A stretch of 64,000 nt of DNA from Propionivibrio dicarboxylicus (GTDB taxonomy: Bacteria > Pseudomonadota > Gammaproteobacteria > Burkholderiales > Rhodocyclaceae), in assembly GCA_945902805.1 (NCBI GenBank), contig CAMDMZ010000016.1, positions 27,420-91,419 of the forward strand, in the 5' to 3' direction. A program made the position numbers and the translations under genes. A model generated the notes under the pieces. It had not been told where the DNA came from. It made no database searches and saw only the letters and a list, made by a program, of their open reading frames with translations. Every line of letters starts with the position of its first letter. Position 1 is the first letter of the stretch. Shown here one piece after another: positions 16,988 to 25,250 of this stretch.

Positions 16988-19144
16988 ATGTCGATGCGTA
17001 AATTGTTGCTGCTACTGATCTTTGTCCTCGTCGGCACTGCCTATGTGGCCTTTGACCTCGGCCAGTATCTTTCCCTGGCGGGGCTGAAAGCACAGCAATC
17101 CGCCATCGAATCCTATCGCCTCGCCAATCCCCTCTTGGCGGTCGTGATCTATTGCCTGATCTACGTAATGGTCACCGCACTCTCGCTCCCCGGCGCGGCG
17201 CTGATGACGCTGGCCGGGGGCGCGATATTCGGTTTTTGGTGGGGAACGCTGATCGTCTCGTTTGCTTCTTCGATTGGCGCCGCGCTGGCTTTTCTCGCTT
17301 CGCGCTTTCTGTTGCGCGATTGGGTCACGGCGCGCTTCGGTGAGCGTTTGCGCGCCATCGATGACGGTGTGCAGCGCGAAGGCGCCTTCTATCTCTTCAC
17401 CCTGCGCCTGGTCCCCGTGTTTCCCTTTTTCCTGGTGAATCTGCTGCTCGGCCTTACGGCGATGAAGGCGACCACGTTTTACTGGGTCAGCCAGATTGGG
17501 ATGCTGGCCGGCACTGCGGTGTACGTGAATGCCGGAACACAATTGGGCGGGATTGAATCCTTGTCCGGCATCGTCTCGCCGGGCTTACTGTTTTCGTTTG
17601 CCTTGTTGGGCGTGTTTCCCCTAGTGGCCAAAAAAATCGTGGCGGCGGTACGCTCCAATCAGATCTATGCCAAATGGCCGAAGCCGCGCCGCTTCGACCG
17701 CAACCTGATTGTCATCGGCGGCGGCAGCGCGGGACTGGTGACGGCGTACATCGCGGCGGCGGTCAAAGCCAAAGTCACGCTGATCGAGAAACACCGCCTT
17801 GGCGGCGATTGCCTGAATACCGGCTGCGTGCCCTCCAAAGCGCTGATTCGCTCTGCCAAGTTCCTGTCGCACCAGCAACGGGCGGAAGAATTCGGAATGC
17901 GCCGTCCCGCCAGCACCGACTTTTCGTTTGCTGAGGTGATGGAGCGGGTGCAGAAGGTGATCAAGACCATCGAGCCGCATGATTCGGTCGAGCGTTATAC
18001 CGCGCTCGGCGTCGATGTCATCGAAGGCACGGCAAAGATCGTCTCGCCGTGGCAGGTCGACGTCACCCGCCACGATGGTGCAACCGAAAGACTATCGACC
18101 CGCAGCATCGTCATCGCAGCGGGCGCAAGGCCCTTCGTGCCACCGATTCCTGGCCTTGAGGAAGTCGGCTATCTGACCTCGGACACCGTGTGGGCATTGC
18201 GCGAATTACCGCGCCGCCTGATCGTCCTCGGTGGCGGACCGATTGGAACCGAACTGACGCAAGCCTTTGCCCGCTTCGGTGCCCAGGTGACGCAAGTGGA
18301 AATGGCAGCGCGGATTTTGATCCGCGAAGACCCGGAGGTATCGAAACTGGTCACCCAACGCTTTCGTGCCGAAGGCATTGCTGTCCTGACGAATCACCGG
18401 GCCAAACAGTTTGTCGTCAACCATGGCGAGAAGATCCTGATCGCCGAGCATGCCGGAAGTGACGTTCGTATTCCCTTTGACGCGGTATTGGTGGCAGTCG
18501 GTCGCGTGGCCAATCTCACCGGCTACGGACTGGAAGGGATCGGCGTCACGGTGTCGCGTACGGTGACCACCAACCCTTTCCTGCAGACCAACTATCCCAA
18601 CATCTATGCCGCCGGGGATGTTGCCGGCCCTTTCCAGTTCACCCACACGGCGGCCCACCAGGCGTGGTATGCCACAGTCAACGCGCTGTTCGATCCGTTC
18701 AAAAAGTTCAAGGCCGATTACTCGGTGATTCCATGGGCGACCTTCGTCGAACCGGAAGTCGCGCGCGTCGGCCTTAACGAGCAGGAAGCCAAAGAGCAAG
18801 GCATTGCCTACGAAGTGAGTCGCTACAACATTGACGATCTTGACCGCGCGATTGCTGATAGCGAAGCGCACGGATTTATCAAGGTGCTGACCGTGCCAGG
18901 TAAGGACCGGATTCTCGGCGTCACCATTGTGGGCGAGCATGCCGGCGACCTGATCGCGGAGTACGTTCTGGCCATGAAACATGGCATCGGTCTGAACAAG
19001 ATACTCGGCACCATCCATATTTATCCGACGCTGGCCGAGGCGAACCAATATGTGGCCGGAGTCTGGAAGAAGGCACATGCGCCGGAACAATTACTGGTCT
19101 GGGTAGGGCGCTTTCATGCCTGGCGGCGCGGCGACGCCACATGA
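16988..19144 (+). CDS. DedA/TVP38-TMEM64 membrane domain fused to a class-I pyridine nucleotide-disulfide oxidoreductase
   Basis: The N-terminal ~230 aa are polytopic (SNARE-associated/DedA type). Then GGGSAGL FAD motif, redox CxxxxC GGDCLNTGCVPSK and a dimerisation domain. No MerA-type C-terminal Cys pair. ATG 16988 preferred (AGGAG 5 nt upstream). Confidence 0.8.
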   Translation: MSMRKLLLLLIFVLVGTAYVAFDLGQYLSLAGLKAQQSAIESYRLANPLLAVVIYCLIYVMVTALSLPGAALMTLAGGAIFGFWWGTLIVSFASSIGAALAFLASRFLLRDWVTARFGERLRAIDDGVQREGAFYLFTLRLVPVFPFFLVNLLLGLTAMKATTFYWVSQIGMLAGTAVYVNAGTQLGGIESLSGIVSPGLLFSFALLGVFPLVAKKIVAAVRSNQIYAKWPKPRRFDRNLIVIGGGSAGLVTAYIAAAVKAKVTLIEKHRLGGDCLNTGCVPSKALIRSAKFLSHQQRAEEFGMRRPASTDFSFAEVMERVQKVIKTIEPHDSVERYTALGVDVIEGTAKIVSPWQVDVTRHDGATERLSTRSIVIAAGARPFVPPIPGLEEVGYLTSDTVWALRELPRRLIVLGGGPIGTELTQAFARFGAQVTQVEMAARILIREDPEVSKLVTQRFRAEGIAVLTNHRAKQFVVNHGEKILIAEHAGSDVRIPFDAVLVAVGRVANLTGYGLEGIGVTVSRTVTTNPFLQTNYPNIYAAGDVAGPFQFTHTAAHQAWYATVNALFDPFKKFKADYSVIPWATFVEPEVARVGLNEQEAKEQGIAYEVSRYNIDDLDRAIADSEAHGFIKVLTVPGKDRILGVTIVGEHAGDLIAEYVLAMKHGIGLNKILGTIHIYPTLAEANQYVAGVWKKAHAPEQLLVWVGRFHAWRRGDAT
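17900..17924 (+). repeat. dispersed repeat copy R4, inside the DedA-reductase CDS
   Basis: CGCCGTCCCGCCAGCACCGACTTTT with no mismatch, translated R-R-P-A-S-T-D-F. Confidence 0.8.
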
Positions 19145-19244
19145 GCCAAGGCAACAACAACCACATTGAACACGCTTGCCGTCGAGACTTGCTCGGTTCG
19201 TGGCCCTGTAGAATCGCCAACACCTTATTTGAATTGGCATTATC

Positions 19245-19484
19245 GTGAAATATCTGTTGCTTCTCGTCCTTGCGGTCTTTATTTTCTGGTACCTGTCGCG
19301 GAAGAACCGACCTCAGAATCCGGACCTGCGGTCAAGCAAATCATCAGCCACCCCGGAGCCGGAAACCATGGTCCGCTGTGCGCATTGCGGCGTGCATTTG
19401 CCGGGACATGAAGCGGTCAGCGAAAACGGAGATTTTTTCTGTTCCGAGCAACACCGAAAACTTGAGAAAGTGGCGCGGAAATAA
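19245..19484 (+). CDS. small membrane-anchored TRASH/MYND-like zinc-ribbon protein (PP0621-like)
   Basis: 79 aa, GTG start. N-terminal TM helix, C-terminal CAHCGVHLP...FFCSEQH motif. Stop is directly followed by the kinase ATG. Confidence 0.6.
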   Translation: MKYLLLLVLAVFIFWYLSRKNRPQNPDLRSSKSSATPEPETMVRCAHCGVHLPGHEAVSENGDFFCSEQHRKLEKVARK

Positions 19485-21053
19485 ATGGACGCGCTGATGC
19501 GTGGCGACGCGGTTCCGGATAATTTTTGGCGTTCGCTGGCATTTTTTTCACTGTATCGCCTGATCGTTGGTGGTCTGTTCCTGTTTGCCGTCTTGATGTA
19601 CGGCGATACGCTCAACCTCGCCACGCAGGATGGCCGTTTGTTTATTCGCACCGACGTCAGCTACATCCTGGTCGCGGCCGCATTTTTGGGCTTGCTCTGG
19701 CGGCGAAAACCGAATTTTCACTTGCAGCTCTCGCTGCAAGTAGCGGCCGATGTGGCCTTCCTGACGATCTTGATGTACGCCAGCGGCGGCCAGAAGAGCG
19801 GCATTGCGGTTTTGCTGCTGGTGGTGGTGGCTGGTGCCGGCCTGGTTGGACAAGGCCGCATGACTTTGTTTTATGCGGCACTGGCATCGGTTGGCATGCT
19901 GCTCGAAGAAAGTTGGCGCGCCTTGACGCTCGAAGCCGATCTGGCCGAGTTCTTCCGCACCGGCTTGACCTGTGTCGGCTTCTTCGGCACAGCCATTACC
20001 GCGCGTCTCCTGGCGCGGCGCGTCGTCTCCAACGAACAATTGGCCCAGCGTCGCGGTGCCGAGCTCGATCTCCAGTTGCGGATCAATGCCCGCATCATCC
20101 GCGATATGTCCGACGGCGTACTAGTCACAAATGCCGAGGGCCAAGTGAGGCAGGCGAACCCCGCCGCCGATCGCTTGTTGAGTGTATCTCTGGCTGACGG
20201 CCGGCTGGCCGATGTCAGCACGGAACTGATGGCGCAATATTCGCGCTGGAATTTAATGCGTCAGGAAAATGGGACTATCTTCCGTGCGCCCAATGGACGC
20301 CCCTTGCGTATCCGTTATCTGCCCGCAGAAGATCATTCCGGCAACGCCTTGCTCTACCTGCAGGATATGGATCAGGTTCAGGCCCACGCGCAACAGCTCA
20401 AGCTGGCTGCACTCGGTCGCCTGACGGCCAATATCGCGCATGAGATCCGTAATCCTCTGGCGGCCATTTCACACGCGGCAGAATTGCTGGCAGAGGAAGA
20501 TCCCGACCCGTTGCGAACCCGGCTGGCACGCATTGTCGGTGACAACAGTGCGCGTCTCAATCGCCTGGTGACTGACGTGCTGGAGCTCGGACGACGTGAT
20601 CGCGCCGAACCCGAAACCTTGCATTGGCAGTCGTTCGCGCGCGCGCTGGTAGAAGAGCTCAGTCTTCATGATTCGACGGCACAGACACGAATTCGCATTT
20701 CCGGTGATGATCTGGCCTTTTTGTTCGATCGCGGTCACCTGCATCGAGTGTTGTGGAATCTGATCACCAATGCGCTACGCCACGCCTCGATGGCAGAAGG
20801 TGCGATCAAACTCGATGCCGTCGCTGTCGCCGGTACCGACCAGATCGCCCTTTTCGTTCGCAATGATGGTCCGGGCATCGAACCGAGTCTGCGCGGACAA
20901 GTTTTCGAGCCTTTCTTCACCACCCGTAGCGCCGGTACAGGGCTCGGCTTATATATTGGACGCGAATTGTGCGAAGCCAATAGCGCCGTGCTGGATCTGC
21001 TGGACAATGTACCTGGTACGCAATTTCGAATTGTCATGAAGGGAGCCCAATGA
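19485..21053 (+). CDS. two-component sensor histidine kinase, PilS-like
   Basis: Multi-TM N-terminus (LYRLIVGGLFLF..., ASGGQKSGIAVLLL), PAS region, H-box IAHEIRNPL and an ATPase domain (GTGLGL). Confidence 0.8.
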   Translation: MDALMRGDAVPDNFWRSLAFFSLYRLIVGGLFLFAVLMYGDTLNLATQDGRLFIRTDVSYILVAAAFLGLLWRRKPNFHLQLSLQVAADVAFLTILMYASGGQKSGIAVLLLVVVAGAGLVGQGRMTLFYAALASVGMLLEESWRALTLEADLAEFFRTGLTCVGFFGTAITARLLARRVVSNEQLAQRRGAELDLQLRINARIIRDMSDGVLVTNAEGQVRQANPAADRLLSVSLADGRLADVSTELMAQYSRWNLMRQENGTIFRAPNGRPLRIRYLPAEDHSGNALLYLQDMDQVQAHAQQLKLAALGRLTANIAHEIRNPLAAISHAAELLAEEDPDPLRTRLARIVGDNSARLNRLVTDVLELGRRDRAEPETLHWQSFARALVEELSLHDSTAQTRIRISGDDLAFLFDRGHLHRVLWNLITNALRHASMAEGAIKLDAVAVAGTDQIALFVRNDGPGIEPSLRGQVFEPFFTTRSAGTGLGLYIGRELCEANSAVLDLLDNVPGTQFRIVMKGAQ

Positions 21054-22417
21054 CACCCGCAGAGTCACCCAGACGTCGTGAGCGACGGCGCGTATTGGTG
21101 GTCGACGACGAGCCCGATATCCGCGAATTACTTGACCTCACTCTCGCCAAAATGGGATTGGACGCGGATTGTGCCGGATCGCTGGCCGAGGCTCGCGAGT
21201 TTCTGGCCACGCATAGCTATCACTTGTGCCTCACTGACATGCGCTTGCCGGATGGTACGGGGCTGGAACTGGTGGCGCAGATCGCGAGCACGCAAAGAGA
21301 TCTTCCGGTGGCCGTCATTACCGCCTACGGCAGTGCCGAGAATGCCGTGTCGGCACTTAAGGCCGGCGCTTTTGACTACATTGCCAAACCCGTATCGCTC
21401 GAACAACTGCGAGGCGTGGTCAAGTCGGCACTCGATCTTGACGCACCCGAAGAATTGCAGCGGGCAAGCGATGGCGTGGCAGAAATCCTCGGTGACTCGG
21501 GTCCTATCGTTCAGGTTCGTGAGCTAATCGAGCGCGTCGCACGCAGCCAGGCGCCGGTCTATATCACTGGCGAATCCGGTTGTGGCAAGGAGCTTGCCGC
21601 GCGCCGTATCCATACCCTGAGCGCACGCCGAGGTGCGCCGTTCATTCCAGTGAATTGCGGTGCAATTCCCGAAACCCTGATGGAAAGCGAGTTCTTCGGT
21701 TATCGCAAGGGTGCCTTTACCGGCGCCAATGAGGAACGCGAAGGATTTTTCCAGGCCGCCCATGGCGGCACGCTGTTCCTCGACGAGGTCGCGGATCTGC
21801 CGCTATCGATGCAAGTCAAGCTGTTGCGGGCAATCCAGGAAAAGCGTGTGCGCAAAGTGGGTGCAACTAACGAGGAAGCGGTCGATATCCGCCTGATCTG
21901 CGCAACTCACCAAAATCTGAAAGCCTTGGTGGAACAAGGAAAGTTCCGTCAGGATCTGTTTTATCGGGTCAATGTGATCGAGTTGCGCATGCCGCCTTTG
22001 CGCGAGTGCCGGGATGACATTCCCATGCTGGCCGACAGCATCCTGCGACGTTTGGCGCGGGCGGCGAATACGCACACCGTACCGGCTATCGTTGATGAAG
22101 CCAAGCGCGCCTTGATGCACTATCCTTTCCCCGGCAATGTGCGGGAACTGGAAAACATCCTCGAACGCGCGATGGCGCTGATGGCCGGTGAGCATATTGG
22201 CTTGATCGATCTCAGCCTGGCTCCGGAACGGGAAGAAAATCCTCATGCCTCGGGCAGTGGCGGCACTCTGCAGGATTTTCTTGATCACGTCGAGCGCCAA
22301 CGAATCGCCGAAGCCTTGGCGCAAACTGGCGGCAACCGGACAGCGGCGGCGCAATTGCTCGGGATAACCTTCCGCTCGATCCGCTATCGCATGGCCCGAC
22401 TGGGCATTTCTGAATAG
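21050..22417 (+). CDS. sigma-54-dependent response regulator, PilR/NtrC-like
   Basis: REC domain (VLVVDDEPDI, LTDMRLPDG), AAA+ domain with GESGCGKE and GAFTGA, C-terminal Fis-type HTH. ATGA overlap with the kinase. Confidence 0.85.
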   Translation: MTPAESPRRRERRRVLVVDDEPDIRELLDLTLAKMGLDADCAGSLAEAREFLATHSYHLCLTDMRLPDGTGLELVAQIASTQRDLPVAVITAYGSAENAVSALKAGAFDYIAKPVSLEQLRGVVKSALDLDAPEELQRASDGVAEILGDSGPIVQVRELIERVARSQAPVYITGESGCGKELAARRIHTLSARRGAPFIPVNCGAIPETLMESEFFGYRKGAFTGANEEREGFFQAAHGGTLFLDEVADLPLSMQVKLLRAIQEKRVRKVGATNEEAVDIRLICATHQNLKALVEQGKFRQDLFYRVNVIELRMPPLRECRDDIPMLADSILRRLARAANTHTVPAIVDEAKRALMHYPFPGNVRELENILERAMALMAGEHIGLIDLSLAPEREENPHASGSGGTLQDFLDHVERQRIAEALAQTGGNRTAAAQLLGITFRSIRYRMARLGISE

Positions 22418-22424
22418 AACCCCG

Positions 22425-22961
22425 ATGCAGATCGATGCCGCTGGCTGGCTTGATGCTGCCGTCGTTGTCCCCTCACCGAATTGCGATGAGCGACCGGAGG
22501 GTACGGCCATCGATCTCGTCGTCGTGCACGCCATCAGCTTGCCGCCAGGCGAGTTCGGGAGGCCATATATCGAGGCGCTATTCCAGAATCAACTGGATCC
22601 TGAATTGCATCCCTATTTTCAAGAAATACATCAGTTGCGGGTGTCCGCGCATTTCCTGATCGATCGCAGTGGTGTCCTGACGCAGTTCGTCTCGTGTCAG
22701 CAACGGGCCTGGCATGCGGGCATATCACGGTGGTGCGAGCGCGAGCGTTGCAACGATTTTTCGATTGGTATTGAACTCGAAGGTACCGACATCGATCCGT
22801 TTACCGACCGGCAGTACGCGGCAATTAACGTACTCCTGGCAAGCGTGCGTGCGCGCTATCCGATCCGTGCAATTCTCGGTCACAGTGATGTGGCACCCGG
22901 CCGCAAGACCGACCCCGGTCCGTGCTTTGACTGGACACGGGTGAACAGACCTGTCGCTTGA
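22425..22961 (+). CDS. ampD: 1,6-anhydro-N-acetylmuramyl-L-alanine amidase
   Basis: 178 aa. Amidase_2 pattern SPNCDERP, VVHAISLPPGEF, SAHFLIDR, AWHAG, GHSDVAPGRKTDPG. Confidence 0.85.
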   Translation: MQIDAAGWLDAAVVVPSPNCDERPEGTAIDLVVVHAISLPPGEFGRPYIEALFQNQLDPELHPYFQEIHQLRVSAHFLIDRSGVLTQFVSCQQRAWHAGISRWCERERCNDFSIGIELEGTDIDPFTDRQYAAINVLLASVRARYPIRAILGHSDVAPGRKTDPGPCFDWTRVNRPVA

Positions 22962-23335
22962 TCAGCTTTGCATCCAATGCACCTCAATTGCCGATGATCG
23001 CGGAACTGCTTGCAACCTGAAATATCCATCACTACAATTAGTCGCAAGCAATCACAGTGCTACTAGATATAGTAGGTTGGTTCAGTTTCGATTGAAATGA
23101 TCGAAACGGCAACAGCGTCGCATGAAACAGTGTTTTCAAGTGCCCCTGGCGCGGTATGACAATAAGGATTCTCGTTGATCCATGCCAAAACGAAATGATG
23201 GATGGAGAAACGCAAGGAATTCATCGCTTTCATTGCTTTCAGAGCGATGGATAATTCGTCTAACCCAGACGGGTTGCAGTAATCAGTAATTATGCGTGGT
23301 GGTTCTTTCCTGTTAATTTGTTAAGGAGGTTCAAT

Positions 23336-23890
23336 ATGGCTGATGAAAAGAAAGCCAAGAAGCCTGCCGCAAAGGCTGCGGCCAAGCCCGCCGCCAAGAA
23401 ATCTGCGGCCCCGAAGAAAGCAGCTGCTGCACCGGCTGTGAAGAAAGCTGCTGCACCGAAGGCTGCTGCCAAGCCTGCTGAAAAGAAAACGGCTGCTCCA
23501 AAAGCCGCTGCCAAACCGGCCGCAAAGAAAGCTGCTGCTCCGAAAGCTGCTGCCAAGCCCGCTGCAAAGAAAGCCGCTGCTCCGAAAGCTTCTGCTAAGC
23601 CCACTGCAAAGAAAGCTGCTGCGCCGAAAGCCGCTGCCAAGCCTGCTGAAAAGAAAGCCGCTGCTCCGAAGGCCGCTGCCAAGCCCGCCGCAAAGAAAGC
23701 CGCTGCACCGAAAGCTGCTGCAAAACCGGCTGCAAAGAAAGCCGCTGCACCGAAAGCTGCGGCCAAACCGGCTGCAAAGAAAGCTGCTGCCAAGCCCGCC
23801 GATGCTCCATCCACCGCTGCCGCACCGGGTCTGAAGTCGTCCTTGAATCCTGCTGCGGCCTGGCCGTTCCCGACTGGCTCCCGTCCCTGA
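23336..23890 (+). CDS. Ala/Lys-rich histone H1-like nucleoid protein
   Basis: ATG 23336 preceded by AAGGAGG. The protein is almost entirely AAAPKAAAKPAxKK repeats, with a non-repetitive tail ...NPAAAWPFPTGSRP. Confidence 0.8.
   Translation: MADEKKAKKPAAKAAAKPAAKKSAAPKKAAAAPAVKKAAAPKAAAKPAEKKTAAPKAAAKPAAKKAAAPKAAAKPAAKKAAAPKASAKPTAKKAAAPKAAAKPAEKKAAAPKAAAKPAAKKAAAPKAAAKPAAKKAAAPKAAAKPAAKKAAAKPADAPSTAAAPGLKSSLNPAAAWPFPTGSRP
23447..23782 (+). repeat. eight in-frame tandem 42-bp units inside the histone-like gene
   Basis: Units begin at 23447, 23489, 23531, 23573, 23615, 23657, 23699 and 23741. Each encodes (A/T)AAPKA(A/S)AKP(A/T)(A/E)KK. Degenerate copies flank the array. Confidence 0.85.
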
Positions 23891-23942
23891 TCGGCTGCCT
23901 TGACAGCGGCCTGAGAGCGGTCCTGTCTCTGTTGGAAACTAA

Positions 23943-23979
23943 AGAGCGCGCTTTCTTACCGAAGCGCGCTCTTTCTCAT
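23943..23979. terminator. bidirectional intrinsic terminator candidate
   Basis: AGAGCGCGCTT-tcttaccg-AAGCGCGCTCT: 11-bp stem followed by TTCTCATT, preceded by AAA. Lies between convergent genes. Confidence 0.7.
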
Positions 23980-24005
23980 TGGTAGTCGGCCAAGGTCTGG
24001 GTCGG

Positions 24006-25163
24006 TCAGCTGCCAAGAAAGCGCCGCAGGCGCACGAGGCCCTCCTCGATCAAGCTCTGTTCGACGGTGTAAGAAAAGCGCATGTGTTCGCGCGGCCGGT
24101 GGTCACCAAAATCAAGACCCGGTGTGGCCGCAACACCCGCGTCGGCCAATAGCCGCTCGGCAAATTCAAAACTGTCCTTGCTGAGCGCCGAGACGTTGGC
24201 ATAGGCGTAGAACGCGCCGCGAGGATCGATGGGGATATCAAATCCCAGTTGCCGCAGACCGGGAAGGAGGATGTCGCGCCGCGCAGCAAACTCGGCCCGT
24301 CGTGTTTCCAGCATGGCGATAGTGTCAGGCTCAAACGCCGCGAGTGCCGCGTGTTGCGCCACGGTCGAAGCGCAGATGAACAGGTTCTGCGCAAGTTTTT
24401 CCACCGCGCGCGCATAGCCGGTGGGCACCACCAGCCAACCGAGACGCCACCCGGTCATGCCAAAGTATTTCGAGAAACTGTTGATGACGAATATTTCGTC
24501 GCTGATCGATAGTGCGGTTTCCGCATCCAGCCCGTAGGTCAGCCCGTGATAAATCTCGTCGACGATCAGATTGCCACCACGCTGTTGGACTTCGCGCCAA
24601 ATGCCGCTCAGCGCCACTCGATCGAGCAGTGTCCCGGTCGGGTTTGAGGGCGAAGCGAGCATGACGCCTCGGGTTCGCGCCGACCATGCTTCGTGGACTT
24701 GCTCGGATGTCGGCTGATAGGCTGTCGCGGCGCCCACCGGCAAGGCCACTGGAACGCCTTCCACCAGACGCATGAAGTGACGATTGCATGGATAGCCGGG
24801 GTCAGGCAGCAGCCATTCGTCGCCGGGACTGACCAGCGCGCCGAGCGCCAGGAGCAAGGCACCCGATGCCCCGGCCGTCACCACAATGCGCTCGGCGGCG
24901 ACGGTCACACCATAGCGCCGCTGATAAAACGCCGCGATCGCTTCGCGCAACGCCGGCAAGCCGAGTGCCGCCGTGTAATGAACATGACCGCCAGCGAGAA
25001 ATCGTTGCGCGGCAGCGACGATCGGGTGCGCCGTCGCGAACGCTGGCTCGCCGACCTCCAGATGAATGATGGAACGCCCCGCCGCCTCAAATGCCTGCGC
25101 CTTGGCCATGAGTTCCATGACATGAAACGGCGCGATCTGCGCCATGCGTGAAGCAATGTTCAT
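24006..25163 (-). CDS. class I/II PLP-dependent aminotransferase
   Basis: 385 aa. Pattern VTAGASGALLLA, NPTG, and the PLP-lysine region SFSKYFGMTGWRLGW. Confidence 0.85.
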   Translation of the reverse strand: MNIASRMAQIAPFHVMELMAKAQAFEAAGRSIIHLEVGEPAFATAHPIVAAAQRFLAGGHVHYTAALGLPALREAIAAFYQRRYGVTVAAERIVVTAGASGALLLALGALVSPGDEWLLPDPGYPCNRHFMRLVEGVPVALPVGAATAYQPTSEQVHEAWSARTRGVMLASPSNPTGTLLDRVALSGIWREVQQRGGNLIVDEIYHGLTYGLDAETALSISDEIFVINSFSKYFGMTGWRLGWLVVPTGYARAVEKLAQNLFICASTVAQHAALAAFEPDTIAMLETRRAEFAARRDILLPGLRQLGFDIPIDPRGAFYAYANVSALSKDSFEFAERLLADAGVAATPGLDFGDHRPREHMRFSYTVEQSLIEEGLVRLRRFLGS

Positions 25164-25225
25164 GCTGCCTCCAAAAACAAACCGGCCGTACCCAAAGCAG
25201 GTAACGGCCGGTAATCCACGGTGGG

Positions 25226-25250
25226 CGCCGTCCTACCAGCGCCGACTTTT
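25226..25250 (+). repeat. dispersed repeat copy R5
   Basis: CGCCGTCCTACCAGCGCCGACTTTT. The T-run abuts the pckG stop codon (CTA at 25251-25253). Confidence 0.8.

Noticed and set aside
16988-19144. Annotating the DedA-fused flavoprotein as mercuric reductase.
   Set aside because: It lacks the C-terminal vicinal Cys pair and the N-terminal HMA domain, and there are no mer genes nearby.
19200-19245. Sigma-54 promoter-like TGGCAT at 19232 and TGGCAC strings at 42633 and 51518.
   Set aside because: None has the TTGC element at the required 4-5 nt spacing.
23447-23782. Regular 42-bp periodicity as a possible CRISPR array.
   Set aside because: There are no unique spacers: the units are contiguous, in frame and coding. 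No cas genes are nearby.
23290-23814. 174-aa minus-strand ORF (GLAAAFGAAAFFAAG repeats) and other frames across the histone-like gene.
   Set aside because: This is a mirror image of the Ala/Lys repeat. The plus-strand frame has a strong SD, a start codon and a non-repetitive C-terminus.
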